From Planctomycetota bacterium (lineage in GTDB: Bacteria > Planctomycetota > Phycisphaerae > Sedimentisphaerales > Anaerohalosphaeraceae): a DNA stretch of 45,048 nucleotides. The notes beneath the pieces were generated by a model, which searched no databases, was not told the origin of the DNA, and worked only from the letters and a program-made list of their open reading frames with translations. Each line of letters starts with the position of its first letter. Position 1 is the stretch's first letter. Both the position numbers and the translations under genes were made by a program. Shown here piece by piece: positions 18,340 through 27,546 of the stretch. The stretch lies in contig JAGLHQ010000027.1 of NCBI GenBank assembly GCA_023143375.1, positions 1 to 45,048 of the forward strand, in the 5' to 3' direction.

Positions 18340-19551
18340 TTACATGTCTTCGCAAAAAACACTGCCAAGCATTTTATCCCAACCGGCATATGAAAAAAAC
18401 TGGCTGTCATCAGGATCGATCACATACTCATAAAGCAATTTAAGATTAGCCTTCTGCTTATCCCATGTGAAATTATCCACATATGTCTGTCGTCCTTTTT
18501 GGGCGGCTATTTCGATTTTCCTAGGATCGATAAGTAATTCAGACACAAGTTCAATCAGCGCCTCTGAGTCCCCATAAGGTACCGCCCAACCTATTCCATA
18601 ACGCTCTGCGGTAATACCAGGGAATCCACCCTTACTGGCAATGTAAGGACGTGACATCATCATCGCCTCAAACATCTTATTAGGAGTGGAGATAACAGCG
18701 ATTTCCGTGCTTGTATCATACATAATGGAAATGAGATTAGCTTTTTGCAATAACTCCATCGCCTGGTCAAGAGGAAGTCGTCCATATAATTTGATGTTAT
18801 CATAAGACTCCAAAGCTTCTTGAAGACTTTTATCACCAATCTCACCCACTATATCCACATCCACCTCGGGCTTACAGGCAGCGAGGTCTATAATCGCCTG
18901 AGCATTACGAACATAAGAGATATGACCGCTGAAATTGATGCGGATTTTTTTTGTGTCAGCAGGACAATAAGTTCCAGCGTGATCTTTGCCGGGGACATTA
19001 AGAACCTGCACACTTGGAACCCTCTTGCAAACTTTATCGCCAAAGTATTTGGCCAAAATATCCAATGTCGCCGGGCATAAAACCATCCCGTCAACACGGG
19101 CTGAACCCCATTTTTCCATAGCCTTAAGAGTACGTATAATTAAGTTGCTTGTTTCCTGATGCATCATTCCCCAAAGATCGCGAATATCTAAAACCAACGC
19201 AAACTTTCGGAACTTTTTAACCAGCAAACACGGAACGATGGATTCCAGATTCGAGGCCTGTATCAAGTCATATTTCTCGCGATAAATTTGACGGATAACC
19301 CACACCCACCAACATACCCAGGCCCATAAAAACGACAATTTATTCCCCGGCTTATACTTATGGTAATGCCAAATTATCCTCCACCCATTAGCATTTTCAT
19401 TTTCTGGTCTTTCACCTGTTTGATCCAATGACAGAATTGTTACATCATATCCCATCTCCTGCAACGTCGCAGCTGCACGCGGAACCGCCTGAGTAACATT
19501 ATATTCACCCATGCGAATTAACAGGGCTTTTCGTTTAGAAGTCAAAAACAC
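18340..19551 (-). CDS. GT-B glycosyltransferase (GT4/GT1-like)
   Basis: 403 aa. C-terminal 'PNKMFEAMMMSRPYIASKGG' is an E-x7-E-like motif. The start is non-ATG (GTG at 19551 or TTG two codons in), preceded by GGAGG. Confidence 0.65.
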   Translation of the reverse strand: MFLTSKRKALLIRMGEYNVTQAVPRAAATLQEMGYDVTILSLDQTGERPENENANGWRIIWHYHKYKPGNKLSFLWAWVCWWVWVIRQIYREKYDLIQASNLESIVPCLLVKKFRKFALVLDIRDLWGMMHQETSNLIIRTLKAMEKWGSARVDGMVLCPATLDILAKYFGDKVCKRVPSVQVLNVPGKDHAGTYCPADTKKIRINFSGHISYVRNAQAIIDLAACKPEVDVDIVGEIGDKSLQEALESYDNIKLYGRLPLDQAMELLQKANLISIMYDTSTEIAVISTPNKMFEAMMMSRPYIASKGGFPGITAERYGIGWAVPYGDSEALIELVSELLIDPRKIEIAAQKGRQTYVDNFTWDKQKANLKLLYEYVIDPDDSQFFSYAGWDKMLGSVFCEDM

Positions 19552-19613
19552 CTCCGTGAAAATTATTTAATTTCTCTTTTGCTAACAATATCCAAAGCAC
19601 CTGTTTGTCCTCA

Positions 19614-20867
19614 CTAACTTTTTTTCAGGAAAAGCCTAATACACGCGGCACTCCATAACAGACCCGTAATAAAGTTTGTAATAACAATCGCCCAGGCAGC
19701 ACCAGATGCCTTATGATCGGGTATCAATAAAAATGCAAAAATGAACGTTGCTACAAAAGTTGCAGCATTGACAATTGGTATTGTAATGATAGAACCAAAT
19801 TTACAGACAAGCGGCCGAGCAATAAAAGATAAAGAAACCGCTGGGACCATCCAAATTAAGATATCAAGCAATTCTATACACTCTTGACCAAAGTTCGGAT
19901 AAAGAGTTTTAATGATCAAAGGACCACAGAAATATAATATCGCAGGGACTACTATCATTCCGCATAACAACATCACGATACAATACATCTTACCTTTCAA
20001 TGAAAGCTGCTTTATCGAAGTATATTTTGACACTATACTCAGGATCAAACCGCCGAAGCACATCACAGGCCCGAGAAACATGAAAGCTATACTAGATGCC
20101 GCCACAAGATCCGCCACCTCTTCATATGAATGATAAAAGCTAAGAAGAAGTCGATTAATATACGGACATGAAACAATTAGTATACCAGCTATGGTTATCT
20201 GAAGCCAAGCCGACTTGAGAATAGCAGCCATCTCCTTGTTATAAGTTTTCTGGCACTGGTAGTTACAACGAAACCTAAGCAGTGCATAAACCGCCATAGT
20301 TCCGATCATATACCCCCACGCCAATCCGATCTCATCCCAAATGATCGCTCCGACAATCCCAAGGATTATCGCTGCAACTGACCGAAATGAGGTCCACATC
20401 GCCTGATGATGAAACAAACGCAGGTATCGCTTCTCAGTAAGGAGCAGCATGGACAAGTTTTCCGGATACAGAGAAATAAGCAACGGGATCAGGCAATTAA
20501 GTAATCTCCACGAAGCGAGTTTTGTCATACCCGCTATAAATATACCTATTAGACCAATGACAATAATAATCATCATTGCAGGCCGGCACAGCCTCACAGC
20601 GGTCCCGAAAAACTCTTCCCTTTTATCCTCAGGGTAATCAGATAAATGTCTTAGTAAGCCGGTACCTAAACCATTCTGCGGCTGGTATCCCAGAATCAAA
20701 GTCACACTCAATGCCGTAGCAAAAACACCAAAACCTTCCTTGCCGATGATGTACGCAGCCAAAGGAAAAAGCAGCAAACGCGGCAAAGCAAGAAAGGCTA
20801 CCTGTTCGAATAGCACCCAAAAAACATATCCTAGATCACGTTTTAACCATTTGAGTTGAGTGCGCAT
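19614..20867 (-). CDS. wzx: Wzx-type polysaccharide flippase (MOP/PST family)
   Basis: 417 aa with about 12 hydrophobic segments. Typical PST N-terminus 'LKRDLGYVFWVLFEQVAFLALPRLLLFPLAAYIIGKEGFG'. It is adjacent to the wzy candidate. Confidence 0.75.
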   Translation of the reverse strand: MRTQLKWLKRDLGYVFWVLFEQVAFLALPRLLLFPLAAYIIGKEGFGVFATALSVTLILGYQPQNGLGTGLLRHLSDYPEDKREEFFGTAVRLCRPAMMIIIVIGLIGIFIAGMTKLASWRLLNCLIPLLISLYPENLSMLLLTEKRYLRLFHHQAMWTSFRSVAAIILGIVGAIIWDEIGLAWGYMIGTMAVYALLRFRCNYQCQKTYNKEMAAILKSAWLQITIAGILIVSCPYINRLLLSFYHSYEEVADLVAASSIAFMFLGPVMCFGGLILSIVSKYTSIKQLSLKGKMYCIVMLLCGMIVVPAILYFCGPLIIKTLYPNFGQECIELLDILIWMVPAVSLSFIARPLVCKFGSIITIPIVNAATFVATFIFAFLLIPDHKASGAAWAIVITNFITGLLWSAACIRLFLKKS

Positions 20868-20901
20868 AAATACAAAATCCGACTAGCCTTGAAAAAAAGT
20901 T

Positions 20902-22269
20902 CTATTCCACATGCTCTTGATAATATTGTTCTTGATATGATTCTTGCGGCAACTCAGAGACAGAATACTCATCATATTCCGTTTCTTCAGAATAGATTAC
21001 CTTTGTGTTCCGAAGAATAAACCAAGAGATCAACATATACAATGCGATGGTGGAAGTATTAACGCCAAGGAAACCTGTCCTTACAAGCAAGTATGTCCAC
21101 TGGCAGATAACAGCGACAAAACAAGCTTTAAAGAGACTATCATGCGATATCATATACACATAAAGTTTGTAGCATATTAAAGCCCAGAGAATACCATAAA
21201 CAAACGGACCTAAACGACCATATAACATATGGGCCTCAGACAAACAACCGAATGTAGATGTGTGATAATAGACCGTGTTCGGTTCGAACGTCGGGCGGAA
21301 GTATTGGCTCCAGAGACCTTTTGAAGGTTTGTTTTTCCATATTGCCCTTGGGATAGGAGAAATAAAAGTATCGGCAATGACATCAGATAGAACTTTTGGC
21401 GACCATGGAAATGCCTCTGTCACAAGCGGCAGATAGTATGCCTCTTTCAGGTATCCCACAATTCCTGAAATAGCATCACCTATGCCAGTTACCTCCCCAG
21501 AAGCACCCCATAGTGCAAAACTGAGGATTACGACAGCGACAACAAGAACACCGATCAATATGGTTTTACGAAACTTCTGAAAAACACTTCGATACTGCCA
21601 CGATATTTTTTGCCATACAACAACAGAAACAATAACTGGCAAAACAAACGAGGCTTTGGTACCGCCTATTAGTGTCACACCTACGCACATCATGAAAAAT
21701 ATGATAGAAAAAAAAGACTTGCCAGATGCGAAAACCATAACAGTTGCCAATGTGATCAATACATACTTTAAGCCCAAATGAATATGAAACAGCGGCCCTA
21801 AGCCTGCCCTGACTTCTGTGTACTCTCTTGGATTGATCGCCCTGTCCATCATCGCAGCAGGTGAAAAACCAACTCCAATGCCAAGTTTAATTATCACAAC
21901 AAAACAGAATACAACAAAAAGCGTTACCCCTTTTGTCCTGATCTGCTGTGGATCGAATACTGCAACTCTTGGCTGCATTTTCGACGCTCTAAACAGTAGT
22001 GGAATTACCACGAGGCAAAATGTATAAAGAAAACATCGCAAAAGGTAAAATGACAATGCGAATTGCTTATAACTCAGCTGAGACATAAAATAGTTTGGAG
22101 CCATATTAAACTGTGCAATATAGGGCATGGCGTACAGGTAAAAAGTAGCAACACAAAATATGGTCAATGGAGAAAATATCCGATAATTCTCGCGCATGAT
22201 CATCATTTCCAAAAACGGCAGGAATATCAATATGAATACTATGTCACCATAAAAAGGATGATCAGACAA
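20902..22269 (-). CDS. wzy: Putative Wzy-type repeat-unit polymerase (polytopic membrane protein)
   Basis: 455 aa with at least 10 hydrophobic segments and one large loop. The call rests on its position between wzx and a secreted beta-helix protein, not on a motif. The start is uncertain (TTG at 22269, ATGs near 22206). Confidence 0.5.
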   Translation of the reverse strand: MSDHPFYGDIVFILIFLPFLEMMIMRENYRIFSPLTIFCVATFYLYAMPYIAQFNMAPNYFMSQLSYKQFALSFYLLRCFLYTFCLVVIPLLFRASKMQPRVAVFDPQQIRTKGVTLFVVFCFVVIIKLGIGVGFSPAAMMDRAINPREYTEVRAGLGPLFHIHLGLKYVLITLATVMVFASGKSFFSIIFFMMCVGVTLIGGTKASFVLPVIVSVVVWQKISWQYRSVFQKFRKTILIGVLVVAVVILSFALWGASGEVTGIGDAISGIVGYLKEAYYLPLVTEAFPWSPKVLSDVIADTFISPIPRAIWKNKPSKGLWSQYFRPTFEPNTVYYHTSTFGCLSEAHMLYGRLGPFVYGILWALICYKLYVYMISHDSLFKACFVAVICQWTYLLVRTGFLGVNTSTIALYMLISWFILRNTKVIYSEETEYDEYSVSELPQESYQEQYYQEHVE

Positions 22270-22281
22270 TTAGTTTCTCAC

Positions 22282-23649
22282 TTAATGAATGTCATTATTT
22301 CCCTGGGAAACGATTCTCCCGTTTGAAACAACAGGGCCAAGCAGCCGGTTATTGTAATAACGGCCAAGAGTAACGTCGACACCTTGATAAACGCCAAACA
22401 ACGGTTGCCCCTTACCCCGATACATCTGATTATTTTCAAGATCAACTGTTCCATTACCTGACAGAAAAATCCCGCATCGCTTATAAATATCGCCGTCAGT
22501 AACATGGACGGGGTCTTTGATCACATTGTCAACAATAGCAACTTTCGACTTTTTTATAACATTGCAAAAAATACCGGACCATTTTGTTGTCGTAATAACA
22601 TTATCACGGATATAACCGCTACAGGGCACCGCCAAAATGCCATACGTAGTATCGACAAGCTCATTATTCTGTATATTAACCTTTTTAGCGTAATTGACTT
22701 GTATCCCATAATCAAATCGATCTACCCGATTGTTTTCAATGTGTACACCTTCCCAGTAAACGCCTTTTGCAGGCCCCTCAGGTTTAGCGGATCCAACAGC
22801 AATGCCCGCCTGCCCGGGACTGTTTGTCTCTTCCACTGTACAGATATTATTCGTTATACGGATATCTGTTTCAGTTTCCTTGTGCCCGTTATTCATTTGC
22901 AATTTTATGCCAAGATAACGGATGTTTGTTAATTTATTATTGTAAATATTTACATGTGAAGACGCATTTAAATACATCCCATGCTGCCCTCGTATATCCA
23001 TAAAAGTATTATCATGAATATCGAGATGATCGTGTCCCATGTACAGGATCAAACCCATGGCAGTTTTGTAAAAAAGACAATTCTTTATTTCCCAATTACT
23101 ACACTTGGTACCGTAACTCCATATACCGCTATTAAACGCATCGCCGGCTTTTACTGCAACTGTCTCAGCGCTGAAAAGGCACTGGTCAAAAGTTATATTT
23201 GATACGTTGTGAGCCTTAAACCCGGCTGTTCCATGGTCATAAAACTTCACTTTTTCAAGTAGGTGCTGCCCTGTACAACGCTGCATCGAAACACCCAAAC
23301 CATCCGTACCCTTGAATGGTTTATAAGAGGAGGGATCGCCCACCAATACAATATCCCTGATTGTCACATTATTGCAATCTACTATTTTTATTATGACAGC
23401 ATTTCGTTTTAATTGAGTTATAGTTTGACCATGTCCATCAATCGTAATATTTGATTTCCCCTTAAAAACCACTGTCCCATCTATCTTCGATGAGCCGGAC
23501 AACGCAAATGTCCCACCGTTTTCTAAACGATCCGCTTGATTCTGCAACACGCGGAGTGACTGATTTGAAAATGCTGTTGATGAAAACATCACTAAAACAA
23601 CAAGCATAAAGAAAACACAACTATTTCTTTTCAATAATGAATCAAACAC
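22282..23649 (-). CDS. Secreted parallel beta-helix (PbH1) repeat protein
   Basis: Signal peptide 'CVFFMLVVLVMFSSTAFS'. Coil signatures recur: 'IHDNTF', 'IYNNKL', 'ITNNIC', 'IENNRV', 'IQNNEL', 'IRDNVI', 'VDNVI', 'LENNQM'. GTG start behind AGGGAG. Confidence 0.7.
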   Translation of the reverse strand: MFDSLLKRNSCVFFMLVVLVMFSSTAFSNQSLRVLQNQADRLENGGTFALSGSSKIDGTVVFKGKSNITIDGHGQTITQLKRNAVIIKIVDCNNVTIRDIVLVGDPSSYKPFKGTDGLGVSMQRCTGQHLLEKVKFYDHGTAGFKAHNVSNITFDQCLFSAETVAVKAGDAFNSGIWSYGTKCSNWEIKNCLFYKTAMGLILYMGHDHLDIHDNTFMDIRGQHGMYLNASSHVNIYNNKLTNIRYLGIKLQMNNGHKETETDIRITNNICTVEETNSPGQAGIAVGSAKPEGPAKGVYWEGVHIENNRVDRFDYGIQVNYAKKVNIQNNELVDTTYGILAVPCSGYIRDNVITTTKWSGIFCNVIKKSKVAIVDNVIKDPVHVTDGDIYKRCGIFLSGNGTVDLENNQMYRGKGQPLFGVYQGVDVTLGRYYNNRLLGPVVSNGRIVSQGNNDIH

Positions 23650-23702
23650 CGCGTCTCCCTTGCACTGTTCTTCATTTCAAAACAATACACTGCGTTCTGC
23701 TT

Positions 23703-23882
23703 TCATTTAATAGTTATTTGATTTGGTGCCACCGCTATGAACAAGTGATTATACATCAGACCACAAATAAATGCGGCCAAAGAAAAGGACGCTAAGCGGC
23801 GAAATACCAGATAAGTATCCTGTTCGGCAAACACCCGAAATGTATAGCCGATATTACGCTTTACCAATCTAAGTTTTTTCAT
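23703..23882 (-). pseudogene. Relic of a second wzx flippase (N-terminal ~45 codons only)
   Basis: 'LRLVKRNIGYTFRVFAEQDTYLVFRRLASFSLAAFICG' aligns by eye with Wzx residues 5-42, 'LKWLKRDLGYVFWVLFEQVAFLALPRLLLFPLAAYIIG'. That is 18 of 38 identical. The frame then diverges and stops after 59 codons. Confidence 0.6.
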
Positions 23883-23905
23883 AATTGCTATTTGGGATAT
23901 TTCCA

Positions 23906-24565
23906 CTACCCACCGCCCTTGCTAACATCAATATCGATCGCTATCGGGGCGGATACTTTATGGCCGAGGCGGGCGGCTTGAAGTCTTTGTAACTCGTGCA
24001 ATGCCTTATAAAGCGTTCGGTCGATGTGCGCCTCATAACGGCGGAACTTGCCTAGCGTGTTTGGCCCGGCGAAATCTGCGTGAACCGCCTGGCCCAGCGA
24101 CATTTTATTCGGCGGGGCATCTTTACTATCTGAGGCTGCCTTTGCCTTTGATGAACCGCCCGAAGTGACAACCTCGGTCCTGCCGCCTTCATAGTTTTTT
24201 ATGATCTTCATACGAGGTATATCATCACTGCTGCGTTTGCCATCAAGTTTTCTTGACTGAAAAGAAGACATGTTATCCAGAAGCTCGATCTCAATTTTGC
24301 CAACCCGTTTCAATCGCCAAAAAGACGCGATTATCCGATCTGCAAGAAGTTGCTCCAACTCACCTACCGGGGCAAGTTCTGAACACAACCGCCGGCGAAA
24401 CTCGGCGAACTCGATACCGCTTTCATCTTTTATAACAATATCGCCTGAGAGCAAGCCATGCTTTACGGAGTTTTTCGAACCGGTAAGCTTACCGGCAGCA
24501 GTCCGCGGGCCGGTAGAGTTTTGAGCGTTTCTTTGGTTTGCCTTGATCTGTTTTCCGGAAGTCAT
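23906..24565 (-). CDS. Conserved hypothetical protein (basic N-terminal 'ANQRNAQNSTGPRT..GK..S..N..KHGL' motif)
   Basis: 219 aa, ATG start, soluble. I recognise the N-terminal motif as a recurrent uncharacterised family but cannot assign a function. Confidence 0.5.
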   Translation of the reverse strand: MTSGKQIKANQRNAQNSTGPRTAAGKLTGSKNSVKHGLLSGDIVIKDESGIEFAEFRRRLCSELAPVGELEQLLADRIIASFWRLKRVGKIEIELLDNMSSFQSRKLDGKRSSDDIPRMKIIKNYEGGRTEVVTSGGSSKAKAASDSKDAPPNKMSLGQAVHADFAGPNTLGKFRRYEAHIDRTLYKALHELQRLQAARLGHKVSAPIAIDIDVSKGGG

Positions 24566-24661
24566 GTTAATTTGTTTTTATCCACTGATTTCACAAATGA
24601 CACAGATTAAAAAAAGATTAAAGGGCTTTTAGTCACAAAATACCAAAAAAAATCTAAGACT

Positions 24662-24698
24662 GGAACCACGAATGGACACGAATAGACGCCGATACTAA
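24662..24698 (+). repeat. Family A repeat, copy A1 (GGAACCACGAATG-ACAC-AAT core)
   Basis: GGAACCACGAATGGACACGAATAGACGCCGATACTAAT. It carries the mini-ORF ATG GAC ACG AAT AGA CGC CGA TAC TAA. Confidence 0.85.
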
Positions 24699-24898
24699 TT
24701 CAAGTTTAAAATATCCAATATCATCATGGTTAAATCGTGGATTCCTATTTTGGCTGGAATGATAAGTCGTATCAGTCAAAATGGGTTCGTTTCGTAATTT
24801 TCAGTTTGCAAAGCATCTTTGCGGCTAAATGTTGATAAACTCCGTCCCTGTCGGGTGCTAAACCATCCGAGAACAGACGCTACCCTTAAGGAAATCTC

Positions 24899-24924
24899 TG
24901 AAAAAATTAGCCGGCTACGCCGGC
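24899..24924 (-). terminator. Rho-independent terminator candidate downstream of wecB
   Basis: The minus strand reads GCCGGC-GTA-GCCGGC followed by TAATTTTTTC, about 57 nt after the wecB stop. Confidence 0.55.
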
Positions 24925-24980
24925 ATAAATCCGTTCTGCAAAACCACTTACGTATACATCGGCAGTTTGTCACGATGACT

Positions 24981-26075
24981 TCATGCCCTTGCAATTATAT
25001 CTGCAATACGCTCGGCGGCAGAACCGTCCCATAATTGCGGGATTTTTCCGCCGACATCACCGCCTGCATCCTTTATGGCCCGATAATGCTTCAAAATATC
25101 ATCGGTAGTAACATGCACTAGCCGATTGGTCCCCTCGGTTATCGTCACCGGCCGTTCCGTATTTTCCCGAAGCGTCATACATGGAACACCTAAAATAGTC
25201 GTCTCCTCCTGGATACCCCCGGAATCGGTCATAACCAAAGAAGCATTGCTCATTGGCCACAAAAAGTCCAGATACCCCACCGGATCAAGCAATATAAGCC
25301 CTTCCATCGCCTCAACACGCTTGCCAATATCTGTACCCTTGATATTGTTACGTGTTCGCGGATGAATCGGAAAAACTAGCTTAATATCTTTCTGTATCTC
25401 TTCAAAGGCTGTGATGATCTGGGCAAACGTTTCCATGTCATCGACATTACTCGGACGATGCAGCGTTATCACCACATACCCCTTTGCATCAAGTCCGAGT
25501 CTCCCCAGCACATCCGAGGCTTCAGCTTTTTTGCGATTGGCAACCAGCGTATCGATCATGACATTACCGACAAAGTGAACCCGCGCAGGATCGACGCCTT
25601 CATTATTAAGATTATCAACACCGGATTGTTCGGTAACAAAGAGCATGTCAGTTATGCTGTCAGTCAGCATACGATTGATCTCTTCAGGCATCTGCCTGTC
25701 AAAACTGCGAAGGCCTGCCTCGACATGTATGAGCTTAACCCCGAGCTTAACAGCTACAAGTCCGCAGGCGATAGTGCTGTTAACGTCGCCAACAACTAAA
25801 CAATAGTCAGCCTCTTTATCAATAACAACTTTCTCAAACCGTTTCATGATCTCTGCCGTCTGAACCGCATGGCTGCCGGAACCAACTTCAAGATTTATGT
25901 CCGGCTTAGGTATGCCGAGCTCGTCAAAGAAAAGCGTGCTCATTTTCCTGTCATAATGTTGACCGGTGTGAACAAGCGTTGATTCAAAACAGTCCTTCTC
26001 CTTTAACGCCCGCATGATAGGGGCGATCTTCATAAAATTAGGTCTGGCACCGCAAACACAAATAATCTTAATCAA
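24981..26075 (-). CDS. wecB: UDP-N-acetylglucosamine 2-epimerase (non-hydrolysing, WecB type)
   Basis: 'VCGARPNFMK', 'HTGQHYD', 'HVEAGLRSFD', 'TDSGGIQEE'. TTG start (no in-frame ATG nearby). Confidence 0.85.
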   Translation of the reverse strand: MIKIICVCGARPNFMKIAPIMRALKEKDCFESTLVHTGQHYDRKMSTLFFDELGIPKPDINLEVGSGSHAVQTAEIMKRFEKVVIDKEADYCLVVGDVNSTIACGLVAVKLGVKLIHVEAGLRSFDRQMPEEINRMLTDSITDMLFVTEQSGVDNLNNEGVDPARVHFVGNVMIDTLVANRKKAEASDVLGRLGLDAKGYVVITLHRPSNVDDMETFAQIITAFEEIQKDIKLVFPIHPRTRNNIKGTDIGKRVEAMEGLILLDPVGYLDFLWPMSNASLVMTDSGGIQEETTILGVPCMTLRENTERPVTITEGTNRLVHVTTDDILKHYRAIKDAGGDVGGKIPQLWDGSAAERIADIIARA

Positions 26076-26109
26076 AACATCGTCCTAAAATTAAAGTCCA
26101 AAACCTTTA

Positions 26110-27045
26110 CTATAAATTTTCCTTATACCAGTCGATTGCCTTGCGAATTCCCTCGTCAAAAGTAACCAAAGGCTCATAACCGATAACCTCCTTTGCCCTG
26201 CTTACATCAGCCAGCGAATGCTTGATATCCCCAAAACGAGGCGGCAGATACTTCGGAGCAATATCCTTACCAAGCAACTCGGCGATGGTACTTACAACCG
26301 TGTTTACAGTTACCGCATCCTTCGTAGAAATATTAAGAGCCTCGCCGTGCGTCTCTTTCGCATTAGCAGCGAGCCAGTTGGCGTTCATGACATTATCGAT
26401 ATAAGTAAACCCGCGGGACTGCTCGCCGTCATCGAATATCCCCGGCTGTTGATCTCGCATAAGCGCCGAAACAAACAAAGGGATCGCGGCTGCATACTGG
26501 CTGTTAGGATCCTGACGCGGACCGAAAACATTATAATAACGAAGGCACACGGTTTCAAACTTGTACGTTTGGTAATACGCTCTGAAATATATCTCGGCTA
26601 TCGCCTTAGTCGCACCATAAGGGCTGATAGGTGCTATGGGTAACTCCTCATGCTGAGGCAGAACAGGACACTCACCGTAGATCGCTGAGCTCGACGCGAA
26701 AACCAGACGCCTTACCCCAGCCGCCCTGCAAGCCTCAAGCACATTGAAAGTGCCGTCAACATTTACCTCATGCGTCGTCTTAGGATCGTCTATCGAACGT
26801 GGAACAGAACCTAAAGCCGCAAGGTGATAAACAACATCTACGCCTTTAACAGCTTTGGCAACAACCGCCTCATCGCGTATATCGCCTTCGATGATCTCAA
26901 TATCGGCCTTGATCTCTTCAAGATTCTCATGCTTACCCGTCTCGAAATTATCGAGCACACGAACCGTCTCGCCTTTGTCCAGCAGAAATCGTATCATATT
27001 ACTGCCGATAAATCCCGCTCCGCCTGTCACCAGTGATAGACCCAT
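26110..27045 (-). CDS. Extended-SDR NAD-dependent 4-epimerase (GalE/WbpP-like)
   Basis: 'VTGGAGFIGSN', 'ASSSAIYG', 'YGATK' (Y-x-x-x-K), 'RYYNVFGPRQ'. Confidence 0.7.
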   Translation of the reverse strand: MGLSLVTGGAGFIGSNMIRFLLDKGETVRVLDNFETGKHENLEEIKADIEIIEGDIRDEAVVAKAVKGVDVVYHLAALGSVPRSIDDPKTTHEVNVDGTFNVLEACRAAGVRRLVFASSSAIYGECPVLPQHEELPIAPISPYGATKAIAEIYFRAYYQTYKFETVCLRYYNVFGPRQDPNSQYAAAIPLFVSALMRDQQPGIFDDGEQSRGFTYIDNVMNANWLAANAKETHGEALNISTKDAVTVNTVVSTIAELLGKDIAPKYLPPRFGDIKHSLADVSRAKEVIGYEPLVTFDEGIRKAIDWYKENL

Positions 27046-27097
27046 AATCTTGACACCTTTCTAATCTAAAAAACTTAGTAAACGTTCAAACTTCAGA

Positions 27098-27133
27098 GAA
27101 CCACGAATGCACACGAATAGACACTAATACTAA
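27098..27133 (+). repeat. Family A repeat, copy A2 (left inverted arm of the GxxExxY cassette)
   Basis: GAACCACGAATGCACACGAATAGACACTAATACTAA. 26 of 31 nt are identical to the reverse complement of A3. Confidence 0.85.
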
Positions 27134-27162
27134 ACTTTCGTTTCATTTGCAGCCTATACTTT

Positions 27163-27546
27163 TTAACACACTACTCTTTTCCATTCCAATTTAGCACGCT
27201 TGAAATTCAGAATAACCCCAACTTTCAAGCCCGTGATTTTCAAGTAGTTCATCATTTGGCCCATTTCGTGGTTTGTAATTTCTCGAATCACCTTTGTGTC
27301 CACAACCAATTTCCCATGAGTGATCAAATCCGGCACATATTCACCGACTTGTACGCCTTTATACATAACTTCATATCGAGATTGCTGCTCAACCGAAACA
27401 TTTTTCAGTCCAAATTCAACAACTAAAGCATTTTCGTACGGCTTCTCCAACAAACCTTGTCCAAGCTCGTTTAGGACCTCCATAGCGCATCCAACAACCT
27501 CAAAAACCTCTTCTTTAAGAATCAATTCGTGTTCATTAGTGTTCAT
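27163..27546 (-). CDS. GxxExxY protein (PD-(D/E)XK nuclease-fold family)
   Basis: 'GQGLLEKPYENAL' contains G-x-x-E-x-x-Y, followed by 'VPDLI' and 'VVDTKV' core strands. The ATG at 27546 lies inside repeat A3 (MNTNEHE...). The track start 27576 is TTG. Confidence 0.75.
   Translation of the reverse strand: MNTNEHELILKEEVFEVVGCAMEVLNELGQGLLEKPYENALVVEFGLKNVSVEQQSRYEVMYKGVQVGEYVPDLITHGKLVVDTKVIREITNHEMGQMMNYLKITGLKVGVILNFKRAKLEWKRVVC

Noticed and set aside
24776-24994. 72-aa minus-strand ORF overlapping the 3' end of wecB
   Set aside because: It overlaps the wecB stop region and contains the predicted terminator hairpin. It shows no coding-like features.
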